A DNA stretch of 64,000 bases from Candidatus Poribacteria bacterium (GTDB lineage: Bacteria > Poribacteria > WGA-4E > WGA-3G), in assembly GCA_965205015.1 (NCBI GenBank), contig OZ242029.1, forward strand, positions 2,784,001 to 2,848,000. The letters are read 5' to 3'. The position numbers and the translations under genes are program-made. The notes beneath the pieces are model-generated. The model saw only the letters and a program-made list of their open reading frames with translations, had not been told where the DNA came from and searched no databases. Within the stretch, counting starts at the first letter, position 1. Each line of letters starts with the position of its first letter. Positions 48,961-57,339 of this stretch are shown here, piece after piece.

Positions 48961-50946
48961 TCACTGGGCATCATAAATGAACCAGTTACCTTCCACTTTT
49001 CGCATCTTAACAGATACCTCCGAGGGATCTGCCATTGGCACTCTCAACCTGAAGTGGAATTCATCACCCACATACTCGCTGCCTAAGATCTCCATCTGAC
49101 GCAATATTTGACGCATCCGAGTACGCACATCCTCTGGCGCATCCTCAAAATCAACTTCAAATGTATGTCGGGCATCCCCTATAAGCATCGGATGTATTGT
49201 CTCTGCATCAAGGTTCTTAAATGCTTCCACGAAAGCGTTCATCACATCTTCCGCGGATTGATTTAAGTGCGCTGATGACACTTCTTTCCCATCCAATGCC
49301 TGATTCGGTTCAACAGAGATTTTCGCCACGAAGGCATTGACCTGCCCTTTCTTACTATGCCAATCACCGGTCGCCCCTAATTTAAAGTGATGCCCCCGGT
49401 CGAAAGGATAGATGATTTTCTTGGATTTACCCGGTGAGACTCCCCATGCCGAAGCAACCGCGTTCCGAGGTGCACCTTCTGTTGGGGGTTCGCTTTCGCC
49501 ATCAAACAGGTGGAACGAACCTGCAGCCTCTGCATGTCCGACGGAGATATTGATCGTAAGCACACCTCCATTTTCAAACGCCGTGGTATCAATTTTAATG
49601 ATAGTGTAATCTTGATAACCCGGTTCTGGTGTCCGAAAGATATTAAGGATCTCCTGTGAGGTTCGAACATCATTGAGTACAACCTTCAAACGACTCAATG
49701 CGGTATCCGAGTTGAGGGGCTCTGGTTCTGAAGTATCTTCACCGAATCCGGGAAGTTTTCCGTCTAAAGCTTCCTTGAGAAACGTTAGGTAACGTTGCCC
49801 CATGTTTGCTCCGAGAAGATCATTGACGGGCTGCCTGCCCATCAATTCAAGATCTGTTGAAAGAATCAAGGAATCTGACGGCGAACGCTTCTTCCACCCT
49901 TTCATGATTGCCTGTGCCAAAGGGGACTTTTTGTCGAATGGCTTGAATCCATGCTGGTGTCTCAATGCCATGAAAACTTTCTTATTAGCGGTGCGCTCCA
50001 ATTCGACATTCGACACCCAGGTATTGATAAAATTGTCATTCAAGAACTCAATGACTCGGTTGTTGGAGAGGACAACTGCCCTCAGGGCTTTACCGCTCCC
50101 TCAGCACGATTCATCCATCAATGGTCCATCTATAGAGATAGCGTGAATCGGCTTCTGTTGTGCGTGTGCCATCTCCAATACCTCATCTGGCGGCACCCAA
50201 TTAATTTGCTGTGATTTGTAGAAATTCGTTATCAGGGCACGTTCAGCGGTTTCTTGGGTAATCGCTTCTGCGAATTCGACGTTCTTCAGTAAATCTGGCC
50301 TTCCGGCACGAAGTTCCATTTGCGAACAGAAACCTGCATCTGTAATAGAGCTTCCGGGTCCGTATTTACTCCAGTTAACATCAAAGTTTACTGTGCCTTC
50401 AGGGACATACATCTTAAAGAAAGCGACCTTTTTTTGAATTCGATCAATTACAAGATGACCGGTAAACAGCGATGGAGTAAACCACCCATCCTTTAGTTTA
50501 AACTCCGCGTGAATCCGAAACACGATGTCGGCAAATGTATCGTTGTAAGCGCGCAGGCATGCCCACAAACCATAGGAATCGCCCGAGTTGATATGCATCT
50601 TCAAATTCGGATTGGGATGAAGTTGCCGTAGCAATTCTAATGCCCCGGTATTTTCAATCTGCCAGAGTTCGCCGATCGAAACCGCTTTGTCTGGAAGAAA
50701 GGCGCGGAAAACCGAGGCAGGATGCTGCTTCTCTGGTTCAGCAACGCGTAGATTTGCCAATGCCTCCCAATCTACATGGAAATTGGACAAGGTACTCACG
50801 ATTGGGGCGATGAAGCCTTTGACGGACATTTCAGATGCACCATCAAGATTAAGTGTAATTTTTTTATTCTGTGTCAAGTCCTCATTAGCGTTTAATTGTC
50901 CGCTTATCACAATCAGAGTGAGAAATCCAATCATTAGGGTTTTCAT
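48961..50946 (-). CDS. Selenoprotein N-like protein, copy 1 (Sec at TGA 50101-50103; 661 aa; signal peptide; extra C-terminal domain)
   Basis: ORFs 50101-51060 and 48961-50043 are in frame across a single TGA: GPLMDESC-U-GSGKALRAVVLSNNRVIEFLNDNFINTW; FRIHAEF, NFDVNW, QMEL and YLTFLKEAL motifs as in animal SELENON. Confidence 0.88.
50068..50083 (-). promoter_or_regulatory. Candidate bacterial SECIS hairpin
   Basis: GAGGGC-AGTT-GTCCTC starting 17 nt after the UGA. Confidence 0.6.
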
Positions 50947-51144
50947 TTTTACTTCTCCTTGTAATAGAATAACATTACTACGTAAACAACGTCTATCCCA
51001 AAAGTTGTTGCTCGCGTAGATTCTCATCTTTATGGTTTGGAGCGTTGAGGTCGAGCGCACACCTTAATCCTTAAAATTATCCAAACTTTAGTAATTTTAA
51101 TAACGGCAATTTTATCTTTCAGTCGGTTTGCCACGCGCATTCCT

Positions 51145-51954
51145 TTAGAGCCCTCTTAGGAGGGATACCCACCGTTCCCATACGGCTTTAGTGGCAGTTT
51201 TCTGTGCTTCGTTGGCATCTTCTGTCATACCGCGCATCAGGAAAGCGTGACCGACCCCTTCATAGATGACGGGTTCGTAGGTGATGTTTGCGGCATCCGC
51301 CGCGGCTTTAGTGGCATCAATTGTGGCATTGATACGATTGTCGTTCTCGGCGTAGAAGCCATACACCGGTGCTGATATTTTGGGGATATCTTCCGTTGAT
51401 GGGGCAGGACCGTAAAACACAAAACTAGCGGCTATTGTGGTGGAATGAACAGCGTAACTGAACGTTTGACCACCTCCCCAGCAGAATCCGGAGACTGCAA
51501 CCTTTTCATTGGTTTCAGGTAGATTTCGGACATATTTTTCGATGGCATCCAGGTCGGATGTGACTTGGGAGGGTGGGAGTTCGCTGATAGCCCATGGTAC
51601 GTCGTCCCTTGAGTCGAAACTTTCTGTGCCGCCACCGTCAGGTCCCATGCCGGAAAGCATATCTGGACAAATTGCGACAAACCCTTCGGCAGCGAGCGTG
51701 TCTGCGACGAGTCGTATCCAATTGGTGAGTCCGCGACCCTGGTGGATGACGATGATAGCCGTTGCGGGTTCTTTCACCGTTGGATAAACGATAAACGCAT
51801 TGACGATACGCGCATCGGAGGTCGTAACTTTCACCCTTTCGCTGTGTCGCGGGGATACGTCAAGTTGAGTTTTTATACTATCAGCCTCTGCATCGGCAAT
51901 GAACAATAAACCGGTGACAATGATACCTAACATAAGCGTGTGGGCTATCTGCAT
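51145..51954 (-). CDS. Secreted dienelactone hydrolase family protein
   Basis: GFCWGG nucleophile motif, FYG, END, YEGVGHAF; signal peptide. Confidence 0.9.
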   Translation of the reverse strand: MQIAHTLMLGIIVTGLLFIADAEADSIKTQLDVSPRHSERVKVTTSDARIVNAFIVYPTVKEPATAIIVIHQGRGLTNWIRLVADTLAAEGFVAICPDMLSGMGPDGGGTESFDSRDDVPWAISELPPSQVTSDLDAIEKYVRNLPETNEKVAVSGFCWGGGQTFSYAVHSTTIAASFVFYGPAPSTEDIPKISAPVYGFYAENDNRINATIDATKAAADAANITYEPVIYEGVGHAFLMRGMTEDANEAQKTATKAVWERWVSLLRGL

Positions 51955-52208
51955 AGTTTTTTCCTTATTTTTCCTTTGTACTGTGAATAATGGACTCTAC
52001 TACCTTTTAGATATTCTTTAGGACTTACGCGATAATTTAATATCTCAGCATTAAGCCCATTCCCCGATTTATCAATAATCGTCTGATCTGTAACCTCATC
52101 AAACGTCAGGTAAAAAACGAGTCCCTCATCCAAACTCGCGTTGGCGGAAATCGTCCCCAGGAGAATAAGGGGTCCCCAAAAAGCTGCACCGATAAATCCT
52201 CGTATCAT
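51945..52208 (-). pseudogene. Truncated LamG-domain gene
   Basis: First ~57 aa match the 54208 and 56264 paralogs (LDEGLVFYLTFD...IIDKSGNGL.AEIL), then similarity stops. Confidence 0.8.
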
Positions 52209-52280
52209 GTTTTCTTTTCCTCCTATAGAGTCATTTGAGTTTTCTAAAGCTTGTCACACAAATCTCGTGTCGATATATAA

Positions 52281-52308
52281 TGACGCGGAGGATTGGAAAA
52301 ACGGTTGC
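52281..52308 (-). promoter_or_regulatory. ECF-type promoter motif GCAAC-N18-CGTCA
   Basis: Preceded by TTTTGCAGAATTA, as are the copies at 44934, 55101 and 57155. Confidence 0.65.
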
Positions 52309-52401
52309 TTAATTCTGCAAAAAATAGAGAAAATATGATACGGGAAATGGATTTGGTTTGTTCATAGACTAAATCTGAATATGAAGCGCGTTGGATCCGC
52401 G

Positions 52402-54063
52402 TTAATTTTCGTCCTGCCCTTTCGACGCAGACTCCACGGATATTGTCGCGAGAAAAGCATTGGTACCTCCCTTCTTACTGAACCCATCACCGGTAGCTCC
52501 CAACCGAAAGGATTGACCTCGCTCAAAGATATGCGTGATGCTCTCTGTTCCACCGGATGGAATACTCCACGCTGAAGCGAGGGCATTCTGAGGTACCCCC
52601 TCTGTTGGCAGTTTCCTGTTGCCAGCAAACAAATCAAACGAACCGGCAGCTTCAGCGTACCCGACGGAAACATCAATCGTAAGCACACCCCCATTTTCAA
52701 ACGCTGTCGCATCAATTTCAACGACAGTATAATCCCGAAAGCCCGCCTCTGGTGTCCGAAAAATATTCAGTACCTCCTGTGAGGTCCGAACATCGTTGAG
52801 TACAACTTTCAAGTTACTCAATACAGTATCTGAGTTGAGGGATTCTGGTTCTGAAGTATCTTCACCCAATCCTGGCTGTTTTCCCGCTAAGGATTCTTGG
52901 AGAAACGTTAAGTAATGCCTTGTTGTGTTTCCTCCAACGAGATGAAGTTTATTGGCGGGTTGCCTACCCATCACTTCAAACTGTGGCGATATGATCAAAC
53001 AATCCACTGGAGAATGTTTTTTCCAGCCTTTCATGATTGCCTGTGCTAAGGCATGGGTTGTATCAAATGTTTTGGATTCTCGCTCGCGTCTCTTCGCAAT
53101 CGGGTCTCGTAAACTCGGTACCCGTCCCAATTCGCAATTCGGCACCCATGTGTTGACGAAATTTTCGTTCAAGTATTTTATGATCTGATCGTCGGAGAGG
53201 ACAACTGCCCTCAAGGCTTTGCCACTCCCTCAGCACGATTCATCAGCAAGCGGTCCCATTATTGAGAGGACGTGAACCGGCTTCTCTTGTGCTGGTGCCA
53301 TTTTCAACGCATCTTCCAAAGAAACCCAGTTAATTTCCTGCGATTTGTAGAAACGCAATATCAGTTTACGTTCAGCCGCTTCTTGAGTGATGGATTCTAT
53401 AAACTCGGTGTCTGATACAATTTCTTGGATCTCAGCATGAAGTTCTATTTTTGGACAAAAACCGACATCTATAGTGTTAGTGCTGTTTCGTCCAACATCA
53501 AAATTCAGTATGCCTTCAGGGACGTACATCTTGAAGGCAGTAACCTTTTCCTTAATTCGATCAATAACAAGATACCCAGCGAATTGAGACGGAGTAAATC
53601 GACCATCTCTTAGGATGAATTCTGCATGGATACGGAACACAATTTCAGCAAATCTATCATTGTACGCGCGCAAAGATGCCCACAAGCCGCGAGAATCCCC
53701 TGAATTTATGCTAATATCCAGATTTGGCTTCGGATGAAGTTGTCGCAATAATTCCAGCGCACTTCCTTCCTCGATCTGCCAGAGATCCCCAACAGAAACC
53801 GCTTCGGATGGCAGAAAAGCCCGAAAAACCGAGGTAGGATACCGCTTCTCGGGTTCAGCAACCCGTAGATTCGCCAATTCATCCCACTCCACATGAAAGT
53901 TATATTGCGTGTATTCAATCGGGGCAATGACGCCTTTCACTAACACTGCAGATGTACCATCAAGGTTAAGTGTGATTTTTTTCTTCTCTGTCAAGTCTTC
54001 ATTGGCGTTTAATTGTCCATTTATCATCACCAGAATGAGAAGCCCAATCGTTAAAGTTTTCAT
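52402..54063 (-). CDS. Selenoprotein N-like protein, copy 2 (Sec at TGA 53230-53232; 553 aa; signal peptide)
   Basis: In frame across TGA: GPLADESC-U-GSGKALRAVVLSDDQIIKYLNENFVNTW; FRIHAEF, FTPSQFAG, YLTFLQESL. Confidence 0.88.
53197..53212 (-). promoter_or_regulatory. Candidate bacterial SECIS hairpin
   Basis: GAGGGC-AGTT-GTCCTC starting 17 nt after the UGA. Confidence 0.6.
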
Positions 54064-54207
54064 TTTACAAATTCCTTAAAATTAACTACGGAAAATACGA
54101 TGTCTAAGTATCCATCTTACAAGAATTCGTTGTTCGCGTAGTATTACTATCAATATACAATAACTCGGGTTATATAAAGTAAAGCATTCTCACTTGCCAG
54201 CTACTCG

Positions 54208-55029
54208 CTAAGGGGTAACCGTCCTCTTTTTGACATCCGCCCAAGTCGTTGCGACTTTATCACTTGGTGAAACAGCGAGGAAATCCCCTACCATTGCCTG
54301 TTTAATTTCCCCATCGCTGAGTGCACGTTGCCAGACAGCGGTTTCATCAATAGAGCCGTTAGCGAATGCGTACTGCAATCTATTTTTTGCGCATCCGATC
54401 CGGAGTTTCGCGTTATTACCCCCAAAGAAATTGAATGTCTTTTTTTCCGAACCTATGACTTTACCGTCTAAATAAATCTTCACGGTTTTTCCGTCGTAGC
54501 TGCCAGCAACGTGGTACCATTTTCGGACACCCATTTTGTGTGAAACTGCGAATTCATGCCGGTCGGTAATCCCGCGTTTATCTCGCGACCCTAAAAACAA
54601 TACAATCTCTGGTCCGTCACCGATATCGGAGCTACCTATACCGTAGGTTCCAGACCAACCGACACCCGAATGGCACCCTTTATCAAGCCAATGCAACATC
54701 CTTTTACCTTTCCATGTTTCTTGATAGTAGATCCATGTCATCATTGTTATTTCGTTTGTAATTTTCAGTTTCTCTTGAGAAGGGATACTGACGCAATCCT
54801 GACCATCATCTGTGATATGAATGGCATTCCCGTATTTGCCCTTCACAATTTGGGTATTCTCGTGGAGTTCTGCGTCAAGACCATTCTTGGATTTGTCAAC
54901 AATTGTCTGATCTTTAACGTTATCAAACGTCAGATAAAAAACCAATTCCTCATCAAGTCCTGCGTTGGTAGAAATTGTCATTAACAGCATGACAGCACCC
55001 GAAAAAGCTGCAATAAATAACCGCGTCAC
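54208..55029 (-). CDS. Secreted LamG/concanavalin-like domain protein
   Basis: WYHVAGSYDG..KIYLDG, GSIDE.AVW.RALS; C-terminal VSPSDKVATTWADVK. Confidence 0.9.
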   Translation of the reverse strand: MTRLFIAAFSGAVMLLMTISTNAGLDEELVFYLTFDNVKDQTIVDKSKNGLDAELHENTQIVKGKYGNAIHITDDGQDCVSIPSQEKLKITNEITMMTWIYYQETWKGKRMLHWLDKGCHSGVGWSGTYGIGSSDIGDGPEIVLFLGSRDKRGITDRHEFAVSHKMGVRKWYHVAGSYDGKTVKIYLDGKVIGSEKKTFNFFGGNNAKLRIGCAKNRLQYAFANGSIDETAVWQRALSDGEIKQAMVGDFLAVSPSDKVATTWADVKKRTVTP

Positions 55030-55100
55030 GTTTTCTTTCCTCCTGTAGCGTCTGTTAAGTTTTCCAAAATTTGTTCCATAGACATGGTTTTGATATATAA

Positions 55101-55128
55101 TGACGCGGGTAACAGGCAGAACGGTTGC
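55101..55128 (-). promoter_or_regulatory. ECF-type promoter motif GCAAC-N18-CGTCA
   Basis: Same boxes as the other copies, different spacer. Confidence 0.65.
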
Positions 55129-55198
55129 TTAATTCTGCAAAAAAAGAACAAAATGTGATACACAGCGCAGCAAACGCGCATAACACAGCAGTTTCATA

Positions 55199-56221
55199 CT
55201 ATTTCTCTTTTACTTTTCCCCATATTGTGCTGAGCAGTTGGGGTTGCGGTGAGACAGGCAACACATATACAGGGTCGAACCAATCCCCTCCAAAATTCGC
55301 CTTAAAAACCCGTCCAATATGTGTCAACTGTGTCCGAGTGTCACTGGGGATATCAAGTTTGAAAATGTGTAGACGTCCCTTAATTTTCTGTGTATAAAGG
55401 ACCTCTTCCCCATCTGGCGACAGCACTGGATATTGTGCTCTGGGCCCGGCTTCATTGAGAAGTTCTCGGAGATCCGTCCCGTCGCGGTTTACAATATAGA
55501 TTGTTTCTTTATCCAGCCATACGGGTGGGAAACGATCCCCTGGCAAAAGGCGCGGGAACGGGTTCTGATTCCAAGAAAAAGCGAGTTTGCTCCCCGTAGT
55601 CGACCAAAACGGTTGATTTTGCCAAGCCGTTGCCGTCCTCGGTAGGAGGTGTTTTTGTCTTCGTGTGTGGAGGTCAATTAGGGCAATTCGGCAGGTATCT
55701 CCAATATAAGACACATACGCTATTTTCGTCCCATCGGGTGACCACGTCGGATATCTGCCCTCCACGACACGCGCCTCTTTTTGTTCACCCAAGGTTGCAA
55801 CGTGGATATGGAACCTGACACCGTCCCAATTCAGGTGTGTGTAAGCGATCTGTTTGCCATCGGGTGACCACGTCGGAGAATCCCTATAAGATTTTCTTTT
55901 TCTTGTGAACACGGGACGGACATTGGAGCCGCTGGGATCCATCAGATATAAGTCCCGGATGCCGCCCTCGCGATCGGAAACGAAAAGAATCTGTTCACCA
56001 GTCGGGGACCAGACAGGGTTTAGGTCATTTGCGCGATGTTGCGTTAAGTTTATCTGTTCACTCCCGTCCGGATTCATCATGTAGACCTCGTAATTGCCGT
56101 CTCGTGAAGAGGTGAACAGAATTTTGGCGGTTGTGGGTGCTGTTGCGAAAACGAAGTTAACATTTACGTCCAGTATCAACACGTTCAATATAGCAAAAAC
56201 GAACAACCGTATTGTTTTCAT
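55199..56221 (-). CDS. Secreted TolB-like (PD40) beta-propeller protein
   Basis: F.S.RDGN.EVY.MN.DGS, P.WSPDG repeats; C-terminal PVSPQPQLLSTIWGKVK. Confidence 0.88.
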   Translation of the reverse strand: MKTIRLFVFAILNVLILDVNVNFVFATAPTTAKILFTSSRDGNYEVYMMNPDGSEQINLTQHRANDLNPVWSPTGEQILFVSDREGGIRDLYLMDPSGSNVRPVFTRKRKSYRDSPTWSPDGKQIAYTHLNWDGVRFHIHVATLGEQKEARVVEGRYPTWSPDGTKIAYVSYIGDTCRIALIDLHTRRQKHLLPRTATAWQNQPFWSTTGSKLAFSWNQNPFPRLLPGDRFPPVWLDKETIYIVNRDGTDLRELLNEAGPRAQYPVLSPDGEEVLYTQKIKGRLHIFKLDIPSDTRTQLTHIGRVFKANFGGDWFDPVYVLPVSPQPQLLSTIWGKVKEK

Positions 56222-56263
56222 TTTATGTGCCTTTATGAGGGATTCTGATTTTGTAGGGAGCCG

Positions 56264-57082
56264 TTAGGGAGCGACCGCTCTTCTTTTCATATCCGCCCAA
56301 GTCGTCGCGGCTTTATCGCTCGGCGAAATAGCGAGCATGTTTCCTGTCATCGCTTGTTTGATTTCATCATCACTGAGGGCGCGTTGCCACACCGCAGCTT
56401 CATCAATAGAGCCGTTCGTGAATGTAAGATGGGGTACGTCTTTTGCACATCCGATCCGAACGTCTGCTTCGTTGTCCCCAAAGAAATCGAATTTTTTCTT
56501 TTCTTTTGCTATGACTTTACCATCTACATAGATTTTCATGGTTTCGCCATCGTAACTTCCGACAACATGATGCCATTTTTTTTCGTCCATTTCATGCGGA
56601 GTTCTGAACTCCTGTCGATCCCACTTCCCTTCTATGTGTGATCCCAAAAACAAAAAGATTTCTGGTCCGTTACCGGCATCAGTACCAGCAATACCATAAC
56701 AGTGCGCCCAACCAACCGGAACAACGAAATGACAGTCTTTTTCCAGCCAATGCGCCTTCTCGTTGTTCCATGTTTCTGCAGAATAAATCCATGCCATCAT
56801 TGTTATCTCACCGATAACTTTCAATTTCTCTTGGGCAGGGATATTGACGCAATCTCCGCTTTGACCTTTAAGGCGAATTGCATCTCCATATTTACCCTTG
56901 ACAATATCAACACGCTCAAGTATTTCTGCGTCAAGACCGTTGCCAGATTCATCAATAATCGTCTGATTTTTAACGTTATCAAACGTCAGATAAAAAACGA
57001 GGTCTTCATCCAAACCCGCGTTGGCAAAGGTCACCAACAACGTAACGACACTCAAAAAAGCAGCAATAAATGCCCGTAACAT
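56264..57082 (-). CDS. Secreted LamG/concanavalin-like domain protein
   Basis: Paralog of 54208-55029; GGAGG before ATG 57082. Confidence 0.9.
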   Translation of the reverse strand: MLRAFIAAFLSVVTLLVTFANAGLDEDLVFYLTFDNVKNQTIIDESGNGLDAEILERVDIVKGKYGDAIRLKGQSGDCVNIPAQEKLKVIGEITMMAWIYSAETWNNEKAHWLEKDCHFVVPVGWAHCYGIAGTDAGNGPEIFLFLGSHIEGKWDRQEFRTPHEMDEKKWHHVVGSYDGETMKIYVDGKVIAKEKKKFDFFGDNEADVRIGCAKDVPHLTFTNGSIDEAAVWQRALSDDEIKQAMTGNMLAISPSDKAATTWADMKRRAVAP

Positions 57083-57154
57083 GTTTTCTTTTCCTCCTAT
57101 AGCGTCATTTGAATCTTCCAAAATTTGTCACACAAATCTCGTGTCGATATATAA

Positions 57155-57182
57155 TGACGCGGAGGATCGGAAAAACGGTTGC
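57155..57182 (-). promoter_or_regulatory. ECF-type promoter motif GCAAC-N18-CGTCA
   Basis: Near-identical to the 52281 copy. Confidence 0.65.
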
Positions 57183-57339
57183 CTAATTCTGCAAAAAATT
57201 AGCAAATTTAGACATGGCTGTTGATAATTAGGGGTAAGGACGATCCATTGTCTTATGAATGAATTTCGATTTTTGAGTTTGCTTTACAGAAACGTAGATA
57301 GATAGGCGCGCGTTGACAAATAGGTTAAAATGATATGGG

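Noticed and set aside
48853-48963. SelN copy 1 ends in TGA that is in frame, without a further stop, with the downstream ECF gene, and a hairpin (CAGGTTGGA...TCCAACCTG) follows
   Set aside because: The ECF has its own GGAGG and an ATG matching its paralog's start, there is no redox motif at this TGA, and the hairpin differs from the three SECIS candidates. Probably coincidental.
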